A stretch of 64,000 nt of DNA from Longimicrobiales bacterium (GCA_965202985.1 CBDBCF010000002.1:1-64000), one strand, 5' to 3'. Positions 19,171 through 29,789 are shown, numbered from the stretch's first letter. Notes: generated from the sequence alone by a model not told the origin. Translations and numbers: made by a program.

Positions 19171-20181
19171 ATGCCGTCCCTGCCCTTCGCGGTCCCTGGA
19201 AGCCCGGAGACTCCCCTGTTGCTCGCGCCTCAGGCCGGGGTCTCCGAGTCGCCGTTCCGCCGGTTGTGCCGAAGCTTCGGCGCCGATGTGGTGCTGACCG
19301 AGTTCGTAAGCGCCGAAGGCGTCGTCCGGGGCAGCCCGAAGACGGCCGCCTACCTGCGCTTCCACGACGACGAACGCCCCATCGGCATTCAGATCTTCGG
19401 CGCCGATCCGGGGAGCATGGCCGAGGCCGCCGCCCTGGTCACCGAGGTCTACGCGCCCGATTTCGTGGACATCAACTTCGGGTGTCCGGTCAAGAAGGTG
19501 GTGAAGCGGAACGGCGGATCGGGTTGCCTGCGCGACCTGGACTTGGTGGCGCGGATCGTCCGGGCCGTGGACGACGCCACGCCGCTGCCCGTGACCACCA
19601 AGGTCCGCTCCGGCTACGACGAGGCCACCCGCGACCCGGTCCGGATCGGCTCGGTCTGCCAGGACGCCGGCTCGCGCATGGTGACGCTGCACGCCCGCAC
19701 CCGCGCGGACATGTACGCGGGTCGCGCCCGCTGGGACGAGATCGCCGCCGTTGCGCGCGCCTTGGACGTGCCCGTGGTGGGGAACGGCGATGTGCGGACC
19801 GGCGACTGCGCCCGCAAGATGCGGGAGCGCACCGGCTGCGCCGGGATCATGATCGCGCGGGGGTCCCACGGCGCGCCATGGCTCTTTCGGCAGGCCCGGG
19901 CGGCCCTGGACGGCTCGCCCGTTCCCGACGAACCGGACGCTCGGACGCGCTTCATGGTCTGCGTTCGCCACGCGGAGAACGCCGTCGCCCACGAGGGCAA
20001 CCAAGAGAAGGCCGTCCGCGACTTCCGAAAGCACCTGGGCTGGTACACCAAGGGTCTCCCCGACGGCCGAGGGCTTCGCCAGCGGCTCTTCCAGGTGCGG
20101 AACCTGCGCGAAGTGTCCCGCGTACTGGAGGACTACCTGGCCGGGGCTTCCCTTGCGCGGCCGAACGCGGTAACGTTCTAG
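19171..20181 (+). CDS. dusB: tRNA-dihydrouridine synthase
   Basis: LAPQAGVSE.PFR, DINFGCPVKKV, TLHARTR, VVGNGDV, IMIARG, RKHLGWY. Confidence 0.92.
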   Translation: MPSLPFAVPGSPETPLLLAPQAGVSESPFRRLCRSFGADVVLTEFVSAEGVVRGSPKTAAYLRFHDDERPIGIQIFGADPGSMAEAAALVTEVYAPDFVDINFGCPVKKVVKRNGGSGCLRDLDLVARIVRAVDDATPLPVTTKVRSGYDEATRDPVRIGSVCQDAGSRMVTLHARTRADMYAGRARWDEIAAVARALDVPVVGNGDVRTGDCARKMRERTGCAGIMIARGSHGAPWLFRQARAALDGSPVPDEPDARTRFMVCVRHAENAVAHEGNQEKAVRDFRKHLGWYTKGLPDGRGLRQRLFQVRNLREVSRVLEDYLAGASLARPNAVTF

Positions 20182-20221
20182 CGGCGGCGGCCCACGGGGG
20201 CTTTCGCGACTTTGACAACTT

Positions 20222-20574
20222 GGGGGCGACACGGTTTCGACGTGCTTGGCGATCTCGAAGCTGCGTGCCGAGGTCCGGGAACCTCGCGAATCCTCCCGGA
20301 AACCAAATCGACTGCCAACAACGACTTGGCTCTGGCCGCTTAACCAAGCTGCCCGCTTTCCGGTCCGCCTGCCCGAGGCAGGCCGAGAGAGCGTCGACGA
20401 ATCGGGCTGGTCCGACGGTTTAGGCTGCTGAACCGGCGGACGAGACGACAGGCGGCTAGCCCCGGACGGGTGGTTCGCCGACCCGGCCGGACAGCGAACT
20501 CCAACGGCGATCTACGCACGTAGACGCTCCGAGCGACCCTTTCGCGGACGCGGGTTCGACTCCCGCCGCCTCCA
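20222..20574 (+). ncRNA. ssrA: tmRNA; tag (A)ANNDLALAA* encoded at 20314-20343
   Basis: 5' GGGGGCG pairs with 3' CGCCTCC+A; T-arm GCGGGTTCGACTCCCGC; internal gcc aac aac gac ttg gct ctg gcc gct taa. The 3' CCA is not encoded. Confidence 0.95.
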
Positions 20575-20600
20575 CTGCCAACAAACCCGGTGCAACGCCA

Positions 20601-21152
20601 TTGAAGCGGAAGCTGACGATCCTGGGCGCCGGCCTTCCGCTGGTCCTCGTGGCCGACATCCTGACCAAGCGGTGGGCGCTGGACGCGCTGGCCGGTGCCC
20701 CCCGACCCGACTTCATGGGCGGACGCGTGCCCCTTACGCTGGCGTTCAACCGGGGCGCCGCGTTCGGCATCTCCGTCGGCAACGACCCGCGGTGGTTCTT
20801 CATCCCGCTGACGCTCGTGGCGCTGATCCTCATGATCGCGCTCCTGGTCAAGACGCCCGGACAGGACCGCATGCGCATCCTGTCGCTCTCGCTGGTCGTG
20901 TCCGGCGCCGTCGGCAACCTGATCGACCGCGTCCGTTGGGACCGGGGCGTCGTGGACTTCATCGGCCCCGTCGACCTGGGCTTCATGTACTGGCCGATCT
21001 TCAACGTGGCGGACATGGCCATCTCGTGCGGCGCCGTCCTCCTCGCCGTCTCCTTCTGGCAAGAGGAACGCGCCCTCAAGCGCGAAGCCAAGGCCGCCGA
21101 GCTGCCAACCGAAGCCGCGGAGCCTCCGGCCGAGGTCGCGTCCGAGGGCTGA
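20601..21152 (+). CDS. lspA: Lipoprotein signal peptidase II
   Basis: DILTKRW, NRGAAFG, GAVGNLIDR, VVDFI, WPIFNVADMAI. Confidence 0.95.
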   Translation: MKRKLTILGAGLPLVLVADILTKRWALDALAGAPRPDFMGGRVPLTLAFNRGAAFGISVGNDPRWFFIPLTLVALILMIALLVKTPGQDRMRILSLSLVVSGAVGNLIDRVRWDRGVVDFIGPVDLGFMYWPIFNVADMAISCGAVLLAVSFWQEERALKREAKAAELPTEAAEPPAEVASEG

Positions 21153-21189
21153 TCCGCAACGGGGTCGTCGTCGGCCCGGGGCCCCGGAC

Positions 21190-22422
21190 CTACCCCTTGG
21201 CGGCCGGCCCGCGCTCGTGGACCACGTACTCGATCCGTCGTCGCCGCACCTTCGCCACGCGGAATCGCCCAGTCGGCGTCTCGACCGTGTCGCCCGGCTT
21301 GGCCACGCGGTCCAGCGCGCCGAAGACGAAGCCGCCCACGGTGCCGAACTCCTCCCCCAGCGACACGTCCAGCCGCTCGCTTGCGTCCTTTGCGAGCGCG
21401 CCGCCGCGAACCAGCGTCCGACCCTCGCCCAGGTCCTGAAAGTCCAGGGGCTCGTCGGCCTCGTGCTCGTCGTGGAGCTCGCCCACGATCTCCTCGATCA
21501 GGTCCTCCAGCGTCACCAGGCCCGCCGTCCCGCCGAACTCGTCCAGCACCACGACCATGTTGGTCTTGTGCGTCCTCATCTCGCGGATCAGGTCCTCCAC
21601 GGCCTTGGACGCCGGCGAAAAGCGCGCAGGGCGGGCCACGTCCCGCACCTTCCCGCGGCCCTCCCTGGCGGCGCGCCACAGGTCGCGGGCCAGCAGGACG
21701 CCCACGATCCGGTCCACGGTCTCCTCGTAGACGGGAAGACGCAGCTTGCCGCGGTCGAGCATGACCTCGACCGCCTCGTCCACCGAGGCGTCGGCCGGCA
21801 CCGCCACGATGTCGATCCGCGGCGTCATGACCTCGCCGGCCGTGATCTCGTCCAGCTGCATGACGTTCGACATGACCTGGAACTCGTCCTCGTCGATCGC
21901 GCCCTCGCGCCGCCCGATCTCGGCCAGCGCCTCGATCTCGGCCCGACTGACGGTGGCGTGTCGGGCGCCCTTCGGCCCGATCCACCGGCTCAGCAGCCCC
22001 AGAGGCGCCAGCGCCGGCTTCATGACGACCACCATGGCGCGCAGCAGGTGGGCCGCCGGCCGGGCCAGCCGCTTCCAATGGGTGGCGCCGATCGTCTTGG
22101 GGATGATCTCCGAGAACACCAGGACGGCCAGCGTGAGGACCGCCGAAAATGCGCCGATCCACACGTCCCCGAAGACCCGGGCGGCGACGGCCCCGGCCCA
22201 TGTGGCGCCCACCGTGTGAGCGATCGTGTTCAGGGTCAGGATCGCTGCGATGGGCTCGTCGATCTGGCGCTTCATCCGCTCCAAAAGCTTGCCCGCGCGG
22301 TCTCCCCGCTCCCGCAGCACGGCCACGTAGGAGTGGTTGACCGACAGGAGGACCGCCTCCAGCACGGAGCAAAGGAAGGAGACGGCCAGCGAAGTCGACA
22401 CCACGGCGACCAGAAGGATCAC
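21190..22422 (-). CDS. Hemolysin-like CNNM/DUF21-CBS-CorC protein
   Basis: FLCSVLEAVL, FSEIIPKTIG, VMTPR, VLDEFGGTAGLVTLEDLIEEIVGE. Confidence 0.92.
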   Translation of the reverse strand: MILLVAVVSTSLAVSFLCSVLEAVLLSVNHSYVAVLRERGDRAGKLLERMKRQIDEPIAAILTLNTIAHTVGATWAGAVAARVFGDVWIGAFSAVLTLAVLVFSEIIPKTIGATHWKRLARPAAHLLRAMVVVMKPALAPLGLLSRWIGPKGARHATVSRAEIEALAEIGRREGAIDEDEFQVMSNVMQLDEITAGEVMTPRIDIVAVPADASVDEAVEVMLDRGKLRLPVYEETVDRIVGVLLARDLWRAAREGRGKVRDVARPARFSPASKAVEDLIREMRTHKTNMVVVLDEFGGTAGLVTLEDLIEEIVGELHDEHEADEPLDFQDLGEGRTLVRGGALAKDASERLDVSLGEEFGTVGGFVFGALDRVAKPGDTVETPTGRFRVAKVRRRRIEYVVHERGPAAKG

Positions 22423-22437
22423 GCGCCGGGCGCCGGT

Positions 22438-23064
22438 TCAGTTCACGGAGACGGCGACCTCGTCGTCGTCCCACGTGAAGTAGTACGTGCGCTCCTTGCC
22501 GCTCCGCGTCTTCAGATGGACAAGGTTGCGCTGGTCCTCGAAGGCGTTGAAGAGCAGCCGGTTGCGGATGCGCAGCCGCTCGGCTCCTTTGGGCAGACGG
22601 TAGCTCAGCCGGTACCACCACATCGTCTCGTCCAGGCGGGGCGACGCCTCCACGCCGCGCTCGACCAGCACGCCCGGCACGGTCGCGCCGCCCGCCTCCA
22701 TCAAGAGCGCCTCGCCGATGTAGCCCGTCACCACGGCGTCCACCTCCTCGGTCTCCAGGAGCCGGAAGTTCATGTCCGACGTGCTCTCCATGACCGCGAA
22801 CTGAAGGTCGTCCCAGAAGAAGCGCACCCGCACGTCCATGGCCGTCCCGCTCACCACCACGTCCGCCACCGACAGGCGAAACGGATGCGCTTCCGGCCCG
22901 CGCGGCCCACGTTCGCCCCCCAACGTGCCCGCCGCGCTCGACGGCGCTGCCGAGCCCGCCCCGACCACGGCGACCGGCGCCTGGCCTGCGCCTCCGCCGA
23001 CGATCAGCCCCGTCGCGGCCATGCCCGCCAGCGCCGATCCCCCCCACATTGCCCTTCCGCGCAT
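22438..23064 (-). CDS. Secreted hypothetical protein (DUF6702-like)
   Basis: AHPFRLSVADV...RFFWDDL...NRLLFNAFEDQRNLVHL; start uncertain. Confidence 0.6.
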   Translation of the reverse strand: MRGRAMWGGSALAGMAATGLIVGGGAGQAPVAVVGAGSAAPSSAAGTLGGERGPRGPEAHPFRLSVADVVVSGTAMDVRVRFFWDDLQFAVMESTSDMNFRLLETEEVDAVVTGYIGEALLMEAGGATVPGVLVERGVEASPRLDETMWWYRLSYRLPKGAERLRIRNRLLFNAFEDQRNLVHLKTRSGKERTYYFTWDDDEVAVSVN

Positions 23065-23161
23065 CGTCGCTTTACTCCCGCAAGCTCGCGTTTCCTTACA
23101 TTCCACTTCAACCTCGTTCACACGCTGGGTCTCGTCCACACTTCAACACGCAGGAGGGACC

Positions 23162-23797
23162 GTGCCGGGCCCCAAGCTGCGCCAACTCCTGTCGCGCCCC
23201 TTTCCGGCGTCGGTGCCCGTCGCGCTCGGCTCGCCCCTCGTCGTCGCGCTCGCCCTGGCCGCGCTGGCCGCCCCGCTCGCATCGGGCTCGGCGTCGGCGC
23301 AGTTCCGGATCGGCGGCCACGGAGTCTACCAGAACAAGCTGCAGGACGGCACCTTCGGGGTCGGCGGTCGGGCGGAGGTCGCCCTGGACTTTCTGTTCCG
23401 CGGACTTGCTCTGGCGGGCGCCTACGAACGCCTCTTTCCGAGCTGCGAATCGTGCTCGTCGTGGCAGGCCGGCGGACAGCTGGTGATCGGGAACGGACCC
23501 TTGTACCTCGGGGTGGCCCCGCTCTTCCACCGCTTCGATCCGGGACCGAACTACGAGCCTCCCGAGGGCTCGCCGGCCGCGGGCGTCACCGAAGAGTGGA
23601 CCTGGAACTTGGTTGCCGGCGTCCGGATCCCCCAGGTGCCGGTGGTCGTGCCGATCGTGGAGTTCCGCCAGCAAGTGCTTTCGAGCATCGGCAACCAGCG
23701 GACGATCGTGGTCGGGATCCTGTTCGGTCCCTCCGGCCGCCGCAACGCGCCTCGTCCGCCGGGCCCCGGCGACGCTCGTCCGCCTCGGTCCCGGTGA
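23162..23797 (+). CDS. Exported hypothetical protein, small outer-membrane beta-barrel-like
   Basis: SD CAGGAGG before GTG 23162; signal peptide ending ASA-Q; amphipathic beta strands; GTGA overlap with mlaE. Confidence 0.6.
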   Translation: MPGPKLRQLLSRPFPASVPVALGSPLVVALALAALAAPLASGSASAQFRIGGHGVYQNKLQDGTFGVGGRAEVALDFLFRGLALAGAYERLFPSCESCSSWQAGGQLVIGNGPLYLGVAPLFHRFDPGPNYEPPEGSPAAGVTEEWTWNLVAGVRIPQVPVVVPIVEFRQQVLSSIGNQRTIVVGILFGPSGRRNAPRPPGPGDARPPRSR

Positions 23798-24585
23798 CGC
23801 GAAGCTCCCTCTACGAACGCCCCGTCCGCGCGGTCGGCCGCTGGTGGGACGACTGGACGGAACACGCAGGCCAGTTGGCGCAGCTGGTGTGGATCACCTT
23901 CGCCGCCCTGGTCCGCTTCCAGGTCTCCTTCCGGGAGTTCGTGCGCCAGCTCTACGTCATGGGTGTGCAGAGCATCCCCATCGTGATGGTCACGGCGCTG
24001 CTTTCGGGGATCGTCACCTCCCAGCAGGGCGGCTACCAGATCACCTCCACGATCCCCCTCTACGTCTTGGGCAGCGTCACGGTCACGAGCATCGTCCTGG
24101 AGCTGGGGCCGGTGCTGACCGCCGTCGTGCTGGTCGGCAGGGTGGGCGCGCGCATCACCGCCGAGCTGGGCACCATGGTCGTCTCGGAGCAGATCGACGC
24201 CTACCATTCGCTGGGCCGCGACCCGGTCGTCATCTTGGGAGCGCCCCGCATCTTGGCGGGCCTTCTGGTCATGCCGCTGCTGGTGGGGTTCGCCAACGCG
24301 ATGGGCATCTTCTCGGGCATGGTGGCGGCCGAAGCGTCCCTGGGGCTCAGCTACGAAACCTTCTTCTACGGCGCGCGCCTTTTCTGGCACTCGTGGGACC
24401 TCTTCTACTCGCTCATGAAGGCGCTGACGTTCGGCTTCGCCATCCCCGTCATCGCCATCCACATGGGCTTTCGCACGTCGGGCGGCGCCGCCGGCGTAGG
24501 CCGCACCACCACCGCCTCGGTCATGTTCCAGACTCTGACGGTTCTGATCCTCGACGCCATGTTCCCGCCCCTGTTCCTGCAATGA
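23794..24585 (+). CDS. mlaE: MlaE-family ABC permease
   Basis: MGVQSIPIV, ELGPVLTAVVLVGRVGARITAELGTMVVSEQIDA, GGAAGVGRTTT. Confidence 0.93.
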   Translation: MTRSSLYERPVRAVGRWWDDWTEHAGQLAQLVWITFAALVRFQVSFREFVRQLYVMGVQSIPIVMVTALLSGIVTSQQGGYQITSTIPLYVLGSVTVTSIVLELGPVLTAVVLVGRVGARITAELGTMVVSEQIDAYHSLGRDPVVILGAPRILAGLLVMPLLVGFANAMGIFSGMVAAEASLGLSYETFFYGARLFWHSWDLFYSLMKALTFGFAIPVIAIHMGFRTSGGAAGVGRTTTASVMFQTLTVLILDAMFPPLFLQ

Positions 24586-25385
24586 GCGCCGCCCCTCTCG
24601 CGCCCGGACCCCACCCCGTCATCCGGTTTCGGAACACGCACAAGGCGTTCGGCCACCCCGTTCTCTCCGGCGTGGACCTGGACGTCCAGCCCGGCGAGAT
24701 GTTCGCGCTCTTCGGCCCGTCGGGCACCGGCAAGAGCGTGCTGCTCAAGACCACCATCGGCCTGGTGGTCCCCGACCAAGGAGACGTGGAAGTGGACGGC
24801 GCCTCCGTCTACTTCGGCGGCAACGGGGCCATGGAGCGGGTTCGGGAGAAGGTGGGGTACGTCTTCCAGAACTCGGCCCTCTTCGACTCCATGAACGTGT
24901 ACCGGAACGTGGAGATGGGGCTGCCGCCCGATCGGCTGCGGCGCATGAGCCGGGCGGAGACGGCGCGGGCGATCTGGGAAGCTCTGGAGCTGGTCAACTT
25001 GGAGCCCGGCGCGGTCCTTTCGTTGCTGCCGGCCGAGCTGTCGGGCGGCATGAAAAAGCGCGCGGGGATCGCTCGGGCGATCGTTGGACGCCCCAGCATC
25101 CTCCTGTGGGACGAGCCCACCACCGGGCTGGACCCGGTGAACACGGCCGCCGTCGAGCGCCTGATCAAGGCCCTCTCGGAGGAGCTGCGGGTCACGTCCA
25201 TGATCGTCACGCACGACGTGGACGGCGCGCTGTGGATGTGCGACCGCGTGGCCATGCTGGAAGGAGGCCGCATCCGGTTCTGCGGCGATCCGGACGCGTT
25301 CCGCGCCGACGCCGACCCGGTGGTGAGGGCTTTCGTGGACCGCGCGGCGGCGGAGGCCGCCCTGGACGTGGTGGAGATGACATGA
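24582..25385 (+). CDS. mlaF: MlaF/Mkl-family ABC ATPase
   Basis: GPSGTGKS, FQNSALFDSM, LSGGMKKR, LWDEPTTGLDP, VTHD. Confidence 0.93.
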   Translation: MSAAPLAPGPHPVIRFRNTHKAFGHPVLSGVDLDVQPGEMFALFGPSGTGKSVLLKTTIGLVVPDQGDVEVDGASVYFGGNGAMERVREKVGYVFQNSALFDSMNVYRNVEMGLPPDRLRRMSRAETARAIWEALELVNLEPGAVLSLLPAELSGGMKKRAGIARAIVGRPSILLWDEPTTGLDPVNTAAVERLIKALSEELRVTSMIVTHDVDGALWMCDRVAMLEGGRIRFCGDPDAFRADADPVVRAFVDRAAAEAALDVVEMT

Positions 25386-25401
25386 TCGAAGTGGAGGCGA
25401 C

Positions 25402-26349
25402 ATGAACGAGCAGTCTCCGTCGGGCGGCGCCCGGCGCCTATCCGACCAAGAACTCCTGCGAGCCGTGCCGCCCACCGCGCGTTCCCGGCAGCTGCGCGTA
25501 GGGGTGTTCGTGATCCTGGGGATCGCGGGTTTCCTCGCGGTCCTGTTCCTGATGACCAGCCCGGCCACCTTCCGCGGGCGCTACATGCTGGTCACGCGCG
25601 TGGACGACGCCCAGGGCATCCGCAAGGGCGATCCCGTCCAGATGCGGGGGATCAACGTAGGGCGCATTCACAGGTTCGACATGGACGGGGACAGCGTGCT
25701 GATCACGCTGGAGATCGAGGGCCAGTGGGAGATTCCCGCCGGCTCAAGGTCGGAGCTGCTGTCCGGGGGCATCTTGGGGGGCACGGTCGTCTCGGTGCTT
25801 CCCGGCCCTGGTCCCGGTGCCCTTCCGCCCCGCGCGGTGCTGCCGGGGCGCACCGTGCCCGGCGTCATCGACTCGGCGGGCGACTTGGCTGGAGACGCCG
25901 GCGACGTCCTGAAGCGGGTTCAGGCGCTGCTGTCGGACTCGACGCTGGCCGGCGCCGCCGCCGCCGTGTCGTCGTTGCGCGACCTGCTGGCCGACTTGGC
26001 AAGGCTGACCGAGAGCCAAGCGGACGAGGCGCGCTCGCTGCTGGCCGCGCTGAACCGCTCCGCCGAGAACCTGGAAGCCGTGACCGGAGCCGAAGAGTGG
26101 CGCCGGACGCTGGGCTCGGCCGATTCCGCCCTGGCGTCGCTGAACCGCACGTCCGGCGCGGTGGAACAGTCGATCTCGTCGCTCAACGTCGTGCTCGCCC
26201 GAATCGAGCGCGGCGAAGGCACGCTAGGCCAGCTCTCCGCGAACGACTCCCTCTACCGCTCCCTGAACGCCGCCGCCGACAACTTGGCGGAACTCCTGGA
26301 CGACCTGAGGGAGAACCCCGGCCGCTACATCCGCATCAGCGTGTTCTGA
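25402..26349 (+). CDS. mlaD: MCE/MlaD-family protein
   Basis: N-terminal TM, GIRKGDPVQMRGINVG MCE motif, helical tail GEGTLGQL...DLRENPGRY. Confidence 0.9.
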   Translation: MNEQSPSGGARRLSDQELLRAVPPTARSRQLRVGVFVILGIAGFLAVLFLMTSPATFRGRYMLVTRVDDAQGIRKGDPVQMRGINVGRIHRFDMDGDSVLITLEIEGQWEIPAGSRSELLSGGILGGTVVSVLPGPGPGALPPRAVLPGRTVPGVIDSAGDLAGDAGDVLKRVQALLSDSTLAGAAAAVSSLRDLLADLARLTESQADEARSLLAALNRSAENLEAVTGAEEWRRTLGSADSALASLNRTSGAVEQSISSLNVVLARIERGEGTLGQLSANDSLYRSLNAAADNLAELLDDLRENPGRYIRISVF

Positions 26350-26370
26350 CAGGCGGGCGGCCTAGCCGTC

Positions 26371-29300
26371 CTACCAGCCGGGCGCGATGTGGAACCCCCA
26401 GTGCCAGCCCTTCTCGGGCCGTTGCCACGGGTAGGCGTAGTAGCCCTCCAGGATCAGGAAGCCCAGGATGTTGGCGCGCGCGGAGAACCCGCTGCTCGCC
26501 ACCGGGACTCGACCTGCCGAGTTCCGCTCCCACTTCAGCTCCAATTGACGTTCGCTGTCCCACGCCACGCCCACGTCGGTGAACGCCGTGAACTCGACCG
26601 GCACGTACGGGAAGTGGATGATCCCGAACTCTTCGATCCCCGTGAACGGCAACCGGAGTTCCAAGTTGAACACGCCCAGCTGATGCCCGAAGAGCCGGTC
26701 GATCTCCGGGCAGCTGGAGCCCGTAAGACGCACGTTGCACTCCCGCCTTTGCTCGAACGACTCGTAGGCGTAACCGCGAAGCAAGGTCTCGTAGCCCAGG
26801 AAGTAGGGGTACAGCTGCTGCGCGTCGAGCTCCCTGATGTTGCCGTAGCGTCCCAAGTGCAGTCCGCGGGCGGCCAGCGTGAAGGCCCCGCCGTTGTTGA
26901 AGTAGCGGCGGTAGTCGACGGTGGCCTCTTGGAAGTTGAGCGTGCCGTAGGACGCCTGGACGCGCAACCGGAACCGAGAGCCGCGAACCGGACTCGTGAA
27001 GGCCAGGAACGAGTTGTCCCCCACGAACGACAGGGACACCGAGGCCAAGTTGAGCGCGTCGCGCGAGCATATCTGACCAAGCTGCGCCTGCCCGTCGGGG
27101 GCCGCCTGCTGGTCCCTGCATTTAGGAGCGTCCTCGCGCCGCCATCCGACGACTCGGTTGAACGGGTCGGTGACGTAGGTGTCGGTCTCCCAGTCGAAGC
27201 CGTACCGCGTAAAGCCCAGGCCGGCTTCCAGTCGGCGCGTGGACGACAGGGGCAGCGCGACGATTCCCTGGACCGCGTCGACGAAGACCCGTCCCCGGAG
27301 GATCTGAAAGCCGTCCCTGGTCGGTTGGAAGTACTGCCGCAAGTAGGGCGAGTGCTGAACGCCGACCCCCCAGTTCAAGCGCCGCTTCTGGTTGAAGAAC
27401 GAGACCTGCCCGCCGATGTCCTTGATCGTGCCGTTGGCGGTCAGGGACATGGCCATGGACCGGTTGCCGAGCATATCGCTGAAGTACGCGTAGGTGCCGC
27501 CCCCGACGTACGATCCGAAGTTGTCGGTCCCGACTCCCACCGACGGCTGGCCCACGTAGTCCAGCTGGAGCGAGGGGTCGTAGTCCTCGGCCTGGCTTCC
27601 CGTGTACACGCTGTCCGCCACGAGCCCGGTGAGCGCGTCCCCCAGGTAGCTCGCCACCCGACTTCGCACCGCCGGAGCGCCCGGAGGCAGCAAGCGCCCC
27701 GGGAGCGGGGCCGCGTCCGCCGCCACCGCTACGTCCACGTACGTCGAGATGTCGTCGGGCCTGGCCGTGTTGACGATGTAGCCCCGCTCGTGAAACACCG
27801 AGAACGCCAGGAGGTCGGCAGCCGGGGAATACGAAAGGGCCGGCGAGAGCATGGTAATGCCGCTCACCCCCGTCACTGCCCTGGTCATCCGCAGCATGTC
27901 GCCGTTGGCCAAGTTCATGTGGTACACGTCCGGAAAGCCGTCCGGGTCCGACACGAAGTACAGCCCCCGGCCTGTGGCGTCGTAGACCGGGTTGATGTGC
28001 TTGGCGCCGGCGAACACCGTCATCGGCTCCACGTCGAGCGTGGCCACGTCCAGGAACGCCAGCACGTAGTTGCCGAACGCCAGAGTCGAGAAGTCGGTGT
28101 CGGGTCCGCGGTCCGACGCGAAGACCAGCGTGCGGCCGTCGGGCGACCAGGCCGGGTGCAGGTCGGCGTGCTTGTCGTCGGTGAGCTGTTGCACGCTGCC
28201 GGTTTCCAGGTCGTACACGTAGAGGTCCGTGATCCCGCCTTTGAGTCCCGAGAATGCGATCCGCCGGCCGTCGGGCGACCAGGCCGGGTTCTGGATGGCG
28301 CCCAGCTCCTCGATCTCGATCCGTTCTTCCAGGGCGCCGCTGGCCACGTCCAGGATCGCCAACTGATTGTCGCCGCCGGCCAGGATGACGAACGCCAGCT
28401 TGCGGCTGTCGGGCGACCACGAGCCGCTGGTGTCCACGTAGCGGATGCCGTCGATGTACGGCGTCTGGTTCCGCTGCAACGGCCGAAGGATGCGCCCCGT
28501 GGCCACCTCGGCCAGGAACAGGTCCATGGAGAACAGGTCGCGCTCGGACTGGAAGACCACGTACCGCCCGTCGGGACTCAAAGAGGGCGAGATGTTCGTC
28601 CGGCCCGCGCCGCACTCCTCGCAAAGCAGCACGTCGCCGGTCTCGTAGGGGTCCGACTTGCCGGCCATGAGGGGACGGTACTCGGTTTCCACCGCCGCCC
28701 ACCACTGCATGGCCAGGCTGTCTTCCGGCATGGCGAAGACCTGCTCGATGGCGGCCTCCCAGCCGGTGCGCAGAGCGGTTCGGAACATGTCCTGCACGGC
28801 GTCGTCGCCGTAGGTGCCGCCCAGGTAGGAGATGAGCCCCTGGCCGAACCGGTACGCGAAGTACTTCTGGTTGCGCGTGATCTCCTTCAGCGTGGGCTTG
28901 TCGTCGCGCAGGATGTGGTCCCGCAGCCACATGGCCGTATGCGGATGCTCGCGGCCCATCGACATGTACTCGGCCATCCCCTCCACGACCCACAGCGGCA
29001 TCTGCGCCAAGCTCATGATCCCGCCGCCGGACTGGCTCTGGGCGATGTTGTACTGGAAGGCGTGGACCAGCTCGTGGCCCAGGATCCGGTCGGTCTCCCG
29101 GTACGATGCCGTCAGCGGCATGATGACCCGGTTCTTCAGCGACTCGGTGACGCCTCCCGTGCCCTGGCCGATGGCCCCGCGCAACGTGTTCGTCTGCTGA
29201 AAGTCCGGGTGGTCGGCGTAGATCACCAGCGGCTTCCGCCGGTCGAACTCGTGCTGGAACGCGCGGGCGAACCGCTCGTACCACCGTTCGGCCATCCGGG

Positions 29301-29532
29301 CGATGTCCTCCACGGGCGTCTCGGCGTCCGGGTAGTAGTGGATCTCCCAGTTGGCCGTGGTCAGCACCTTGAAGTCGAACTCCTCGTACTGAACCTTGTT
29401 GCGGCCGAAGTACTGCGCCGTCCCCGGAGTCGGGGCCGCGAGCACAAGAGCGGCGGCTCCCGTTGCCGCGACGAGCAGCCGAACCAGAGCTTGGGCGGGA
29501 TTGCGCCCCTTGTTTCCTGTCGCCGATGTCAT
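26371..29532 (-). CDS. Omp85-family outer-membrane protein with N-terminal zincin-like domain and TolB/PD40 propeller
   Basis: QYFGRNKVQY; HELVH plus WVVEGMAEY; repeated P(A/S)WSPDGR; LRGY motif and LELRLP in the C-terminal barrel. Confidence 0.85.
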   Translation of the reverse strand: MTSATGNKGRNPAQALVRLLVAATGAAALVLAAPTPGTAQYFGRNKVQYEEFDFKVLTTANWEIHYYPDAETPVEDIARMAERWYERFARAFQHEFDRRKPLVIYADHPDFQQTNTLRGAIGQGTGGVTESLKNRVIMPLTASYRETDRILGHELVHAFQYNIAQSQSGGGIMSLAQMPLWVVEGMAEYMSMGREHPHTAMWLRDHILRDDKPTLKEITRNQKYFAYRFGQGLISYLGGTYGDDAVQDMFRTALRTGWEAAIEQVFAMPEDSLAMQWWAAVETEYRPLMAGKSDPYETGDVLLCEECGAGRTNISPSLSPDGRYVVFQSERDLFSMDLFLAEVATGRILRPLQRNQTPYIDGIRYVDTSGSWSPDSRKLAFVILAGGDNQLAILDVASGALEERIEIEELGAIQNPAWSPDGRRIAFSGLKGGITDLYVYDLETGSVQQLTDDKHADLHPAWSPDGRTLVFASDRGPDTDFSTLAFGNYVLAFLDVATLDVEPMTVFAGAKHINPVYDATGRGLYFVSDPDGFPDVYHMNLANGDMLRMTRAVTGVSGITMLSPALSYSPAADLLAFSVFHERGYIVNTARPDDISTYVDVAVAADAAPLPGRLLPPGAPAVRSRVASYLGDALTGLVADSVYTGSQAEDYDPSLQLDYVGQPSVGVGTDNFGSYVGGGTYAYFSDMLGNRSMAMSLTANGTIKDIGGQVSFFNQKRRLNWGVGVQHSPYLRQYFQPTRDGFQILRGRVFVDAVQGIVALPLSSTRRLEAGLGFTRYGFDWETDTYVTDPFNRVVGWRREDAPKCRDQQAAPDGQAQLGQICSRDALNLASVSLSFVGDNSFLAFTSPVRGSRFRLRVQASYGTLNFQEATVDYRRYFNNGGAFTLAARGLHLGRYGNIRELDAQQLYPYFLGYETLLRGYAYESFEQRRECNVRLTGSSCPEIDRLFGHQLGVFNLELRLPFTGIEEFGIIHFPYVPVEFTAFTDVGVAWDSERQLELKWERNSAGRVPVASSGFSARANILGFLILEGYYAYPWQRPEKGWHWGFHIAPGW

Positions 29533-29789
29533 GACTGTCCTTTCGCGCTCGCGGTTCGCCGGTCGATCCCTCGTTTGACGCGAAGGACGCCGGGGTTCCA
29601 GGGTTCGTTGTCTTCCTAGTACTCTTACGTGTCGCCCGGAGTTCCATTGCCGGACGCACTGACACTACGGAGGACGCCGCCTTCATGACAATCTACCTCG
29701 TTTGGCCGGTCCAAGTTCCACAGCGCCCGTCCAAGCGGCGCGCAACGCCCGTTCGTCCGCTGTCGAAGTTCCCGGCGGCGAGGTCCCCG

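Noticed and set aside
20574..20600. Prophage or island integrated at the tmRNA 3' end
   Set aside because: lspA follows within ~25 bp; no integrase or duplicated ssrA end seen.
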